Under the pieces are notes generated by a model, which was not told where the DNA came from, ran no database searches, and saw only the letters and a list, made by a program, of their open reading frames with translations. From positions 1 through 63,429 of the forward strand of contig WGFB01000009.1 of the NCBI GenBank assembly GCA_015492435.1: 63,429 nt of DNA, read 5' to 3'. Below, in pieces: positions 61,762-63,429 of this stretch (its first letter is position 1; every line of letters begins with the position of its first letter). Source of the DNA: Gammaproteobacteria bacterium (GTDB lineage: Bacteria > Pseudomonadota > Gammaproteobacteria > SZUA-140). A program made the translations under genes and the position numbers.

Positions 61762-62093
61762 TTTCTCGCCCGCCCGACCCGTTGACGCCGTGGTTGTTGT
61801 GTCTGCTCGAATTGCTCAAACAAACTGCGTGTTTCCTTGAAGAGCTGCTCCCATTCGTCCTCGCGGTTCAAGAGACTTGATGCCCTCACCCACAAACCGA
61901 TTGGTGTGGAAGGATGACCCTTTTCCATCTTGGCATAGGTCTGACGAGAAACCCCCATCCTTTCAGCAAAAATGGCCTGGGATTCATTGTGCTGGATTCT
62001 TAATTGCCGAAGTCTGCGTCCCAGCGACTGGCAAATATCCGCTTGTTGATCATAGACAGTGCTCACAAGATAATAATGTACTCGATAATCCAC
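61758..62093 (-). CDS. XRE-family HTH antitoxin/regulator (HipB-like)
   Basis: LRQLRI....SQ..FAERMGVSRQTY.KMEKG; ATGA overlap with hipA; true start may be the GTG near 62066. Confidence 0.85.
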   Translation of the reverse strand: MDYRVHYYLVSTVYDQQADICQSLGRRLRQLRIQHNESQAIFAERMGVSRQTYAKMEKGHPSTPIGLWVRASSLLNREDEWEQLFKETRSLFEQFEQTQQPRRQRVGRARK

Positions 62094-62138
62094 ATTATAT
62101 CTACTAAAAACGGTTAATGTTAGCTATATATGACATTA
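62074..62138. promoter_or_regulatory. Two tandem palindromic operators, candidate antitoxin binding sites
   Basis: TAATGT-N12-ACATTA at 62074-62097 and 62115-62138; each overlaps a minus-strand TATAAT. Confidence 0.7.
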
Positions 62139-62423
62139 TATAGCATTTGAGCCGGATCTGCTCTATGCGCAGATGGACTGGTGAATCAGCCGGGATAGCC
62201 TGAGCGCCCGCTTGTACGCAGCCATATATGCCAATCCACCTTGCCACGTAGCAAGCGTAGCGGAATTCCAGAGATGGCAGCCTACCCCAGCCGTGGCTGC
62301 CTGGATATTAGTGGCAATATTTCCAACGTAAAAATATTATTTCTTTAATATTCAACAGAATAGTTAAATGGTTGCCAATTGGCCTGCCCTACTATCCATC
62401 TGTTTCAAAAGATGGATTTTGAC

Positions 62424-62892
62424 TCGGGCGGGGGTACCGGAACGGTTACCATTTCCGGCAGCTCTACAGCCACGTGGGGCCGCTGACGCTGCTTCCGCCG
62501 CAGTTCCGGGACGGGACGTTCTCGACGGAGATTTTCCAGCGCTATCAGCGCTCCGAGCAGGCCCTGGTCTGGCGTTGCCGGAGAAGTATCGGCGACGCCT
62601 GAAGTCGACCAACATGCAGGAGCGTCTGATCCAGGAGATACGGCGTCGGGAGCGGGTGATCCGGATCTTCCCCAACGAGGAATCCGCGCACCGTCTCATC
62701 AGTGCGTTGCTGGCCGAGATTCACGAGGAGTGGTAAAGTCGGCGCTATCTGGACATGAGTGATTTTCACGAGTGGTGGGCAACCCAACAGCTTGCAGACC
62801 AGAAGGAAGGAAGTGTGGTTAATCTTGACCACTGAACCCGGAGCAACACCGATCCCGCGGAGAAGAATATACAGCAAAATTGGGACTTGACC
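62424..62892 (+). pseudogene. IS256-family relic: fused N- and C-terminal transposase fragments plus right end
   Basis: RNGY.RQL..VGPL...PQFRDGTFSTEIFQRYQRSEQALV joined out of frame to LPEKYRRRLKSTN.QER...RRRERVIRIFPN; internal stop; ends AAAATTGGGACTTGACC. Confidence 0.85.
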
Positions 62893-63032
62893 GCCCGATA
62901 CTCAGGGAGCATGGATTCACCAACATTCTTCTTCCCGGCAGGGCAAAGAGCATGCTATGACGGTGAGGAGAGTTTTGCTATCATCGAAGCGGGGAAACAG
63001 GCAATCCGGAATCGCAGTAACAGGGGGGAGTC

Positions 63033-63263
63033 ATGGCGCTCAATATCAAACCAGAAATCGGCAGCTGGTATATGAATGTGACAGGGCAGCTCATCAAGGT
63101 ATGGGCCGTGGCATATACCGGTAAGCACTTGACTAGCATTGTAATTGAGTATCTGAATGGCGACCGGCGCATTATTTCAGGCGAGGACTGGAAACGGCTC
63201 GATCTCGAAGCACATCTCTACCAGTCGACGCGCAGGCGCAACGGGGAACATTTGCGTCACTGA
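63033..63263 (+). CDS. Small hypothetical protein (76 aa), possibly SH3-like beta protein
   Basis: GGGGGAG RBS; P.IG.WY......V......IEYLNGD pattern; family not firmly recognised. Confidence 0.6.
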   Translation: MALNIKPEIGSWYMNVTGQLIKVWAVAYTGKHLTSIVIEYLNGDRRIISGEDWKRLDLEAHLYQSTRRRNGEHLRH

Positions 63264-63281
63264 AGCGATAGATGCTGGATC

Positions 63282-63429
63282 GGGTGCGATTCAAACTGAT
63301 GTGTTCTCCAATCATGCCGCTTGCGGCAACTCATTGTCCCAATAGCTGCTCCACTGTTTATTGGCCCGATTGAGACGTAATGCCAACATGTGCTCGGCAT
63401 TCTCTATACGCCACCAAGCACCGGGGCGC
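63282..63429 (-). mobile_element. Right end and transposase C-terminus of an ISKra4-like element (truncated by window)
   Basis: Minus strand 63429-63312 reads RPGAWWRIENAEHMLALRLNRANKQWSSYW...stop; end sequence GGGTGCGATTC at 63282. Confidence 0.7.

Noticed and set aside
62150-62420. Cluster of small hairpins upstream of hipB as a retron or other ncRNA
   Set aside because: No reverse transcriptase in the window, no long flanking inverted repeat, and hairpins are short enough to be chance

Overview
A GC-rich gammaproteobacterial chromosome segment, mostly core housekeeping genes: xth, ubiD, a stand-alone ftsH, an MCP, dapF-DUF484-xerC-hslVU-DUF971-ubiEJB, murU-gpsA-secB-rhodanese, gpmI-envC-ctpA, ubiI-ubiH-pepP-ygfB, TIGR02449-zapA-6S RNA-ygfA-EVE, aroE, a PiT transporter and hemB. 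A pyrophosphate/adenylate block (adk, PPi-type pfk, membrane PPase, soluble PPase, sat) suggests a sulfur-metabolising, probably sulfur-oxidising, organism; this is inference. A split class II ribonucleotide reductase (nrdJa/nrdJb) has NrdR boxes upstream and a LAGLIDADG intein at its catalytic Cys. The last 3 kb is an accessory patch: a hipBA-like module with two palindromic operators, an internally deleted IS256 relic and the 3' end of an ISKra4-like transposase. The least explained signals are intergenic: (i) a modular repeat with a variable-copy heptamer hairpin (family C, 4 copies, each upstream of a + strand gene); (ii) three small non-autonomous element families (A: 159 bp with YTAR duplications; B: 94 bp with CTAG duplication; D: about 139 bp with TA duplication), with A inserted into the ends of B and D. 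Also notable are two histone-H1-like Lys/Ala modules within about 5 kb, one fused to adenylate kinase. All family assignments come from motif recognition by eye; no database searches were run. No CRISPR array, tRNA or rRNA was seen.
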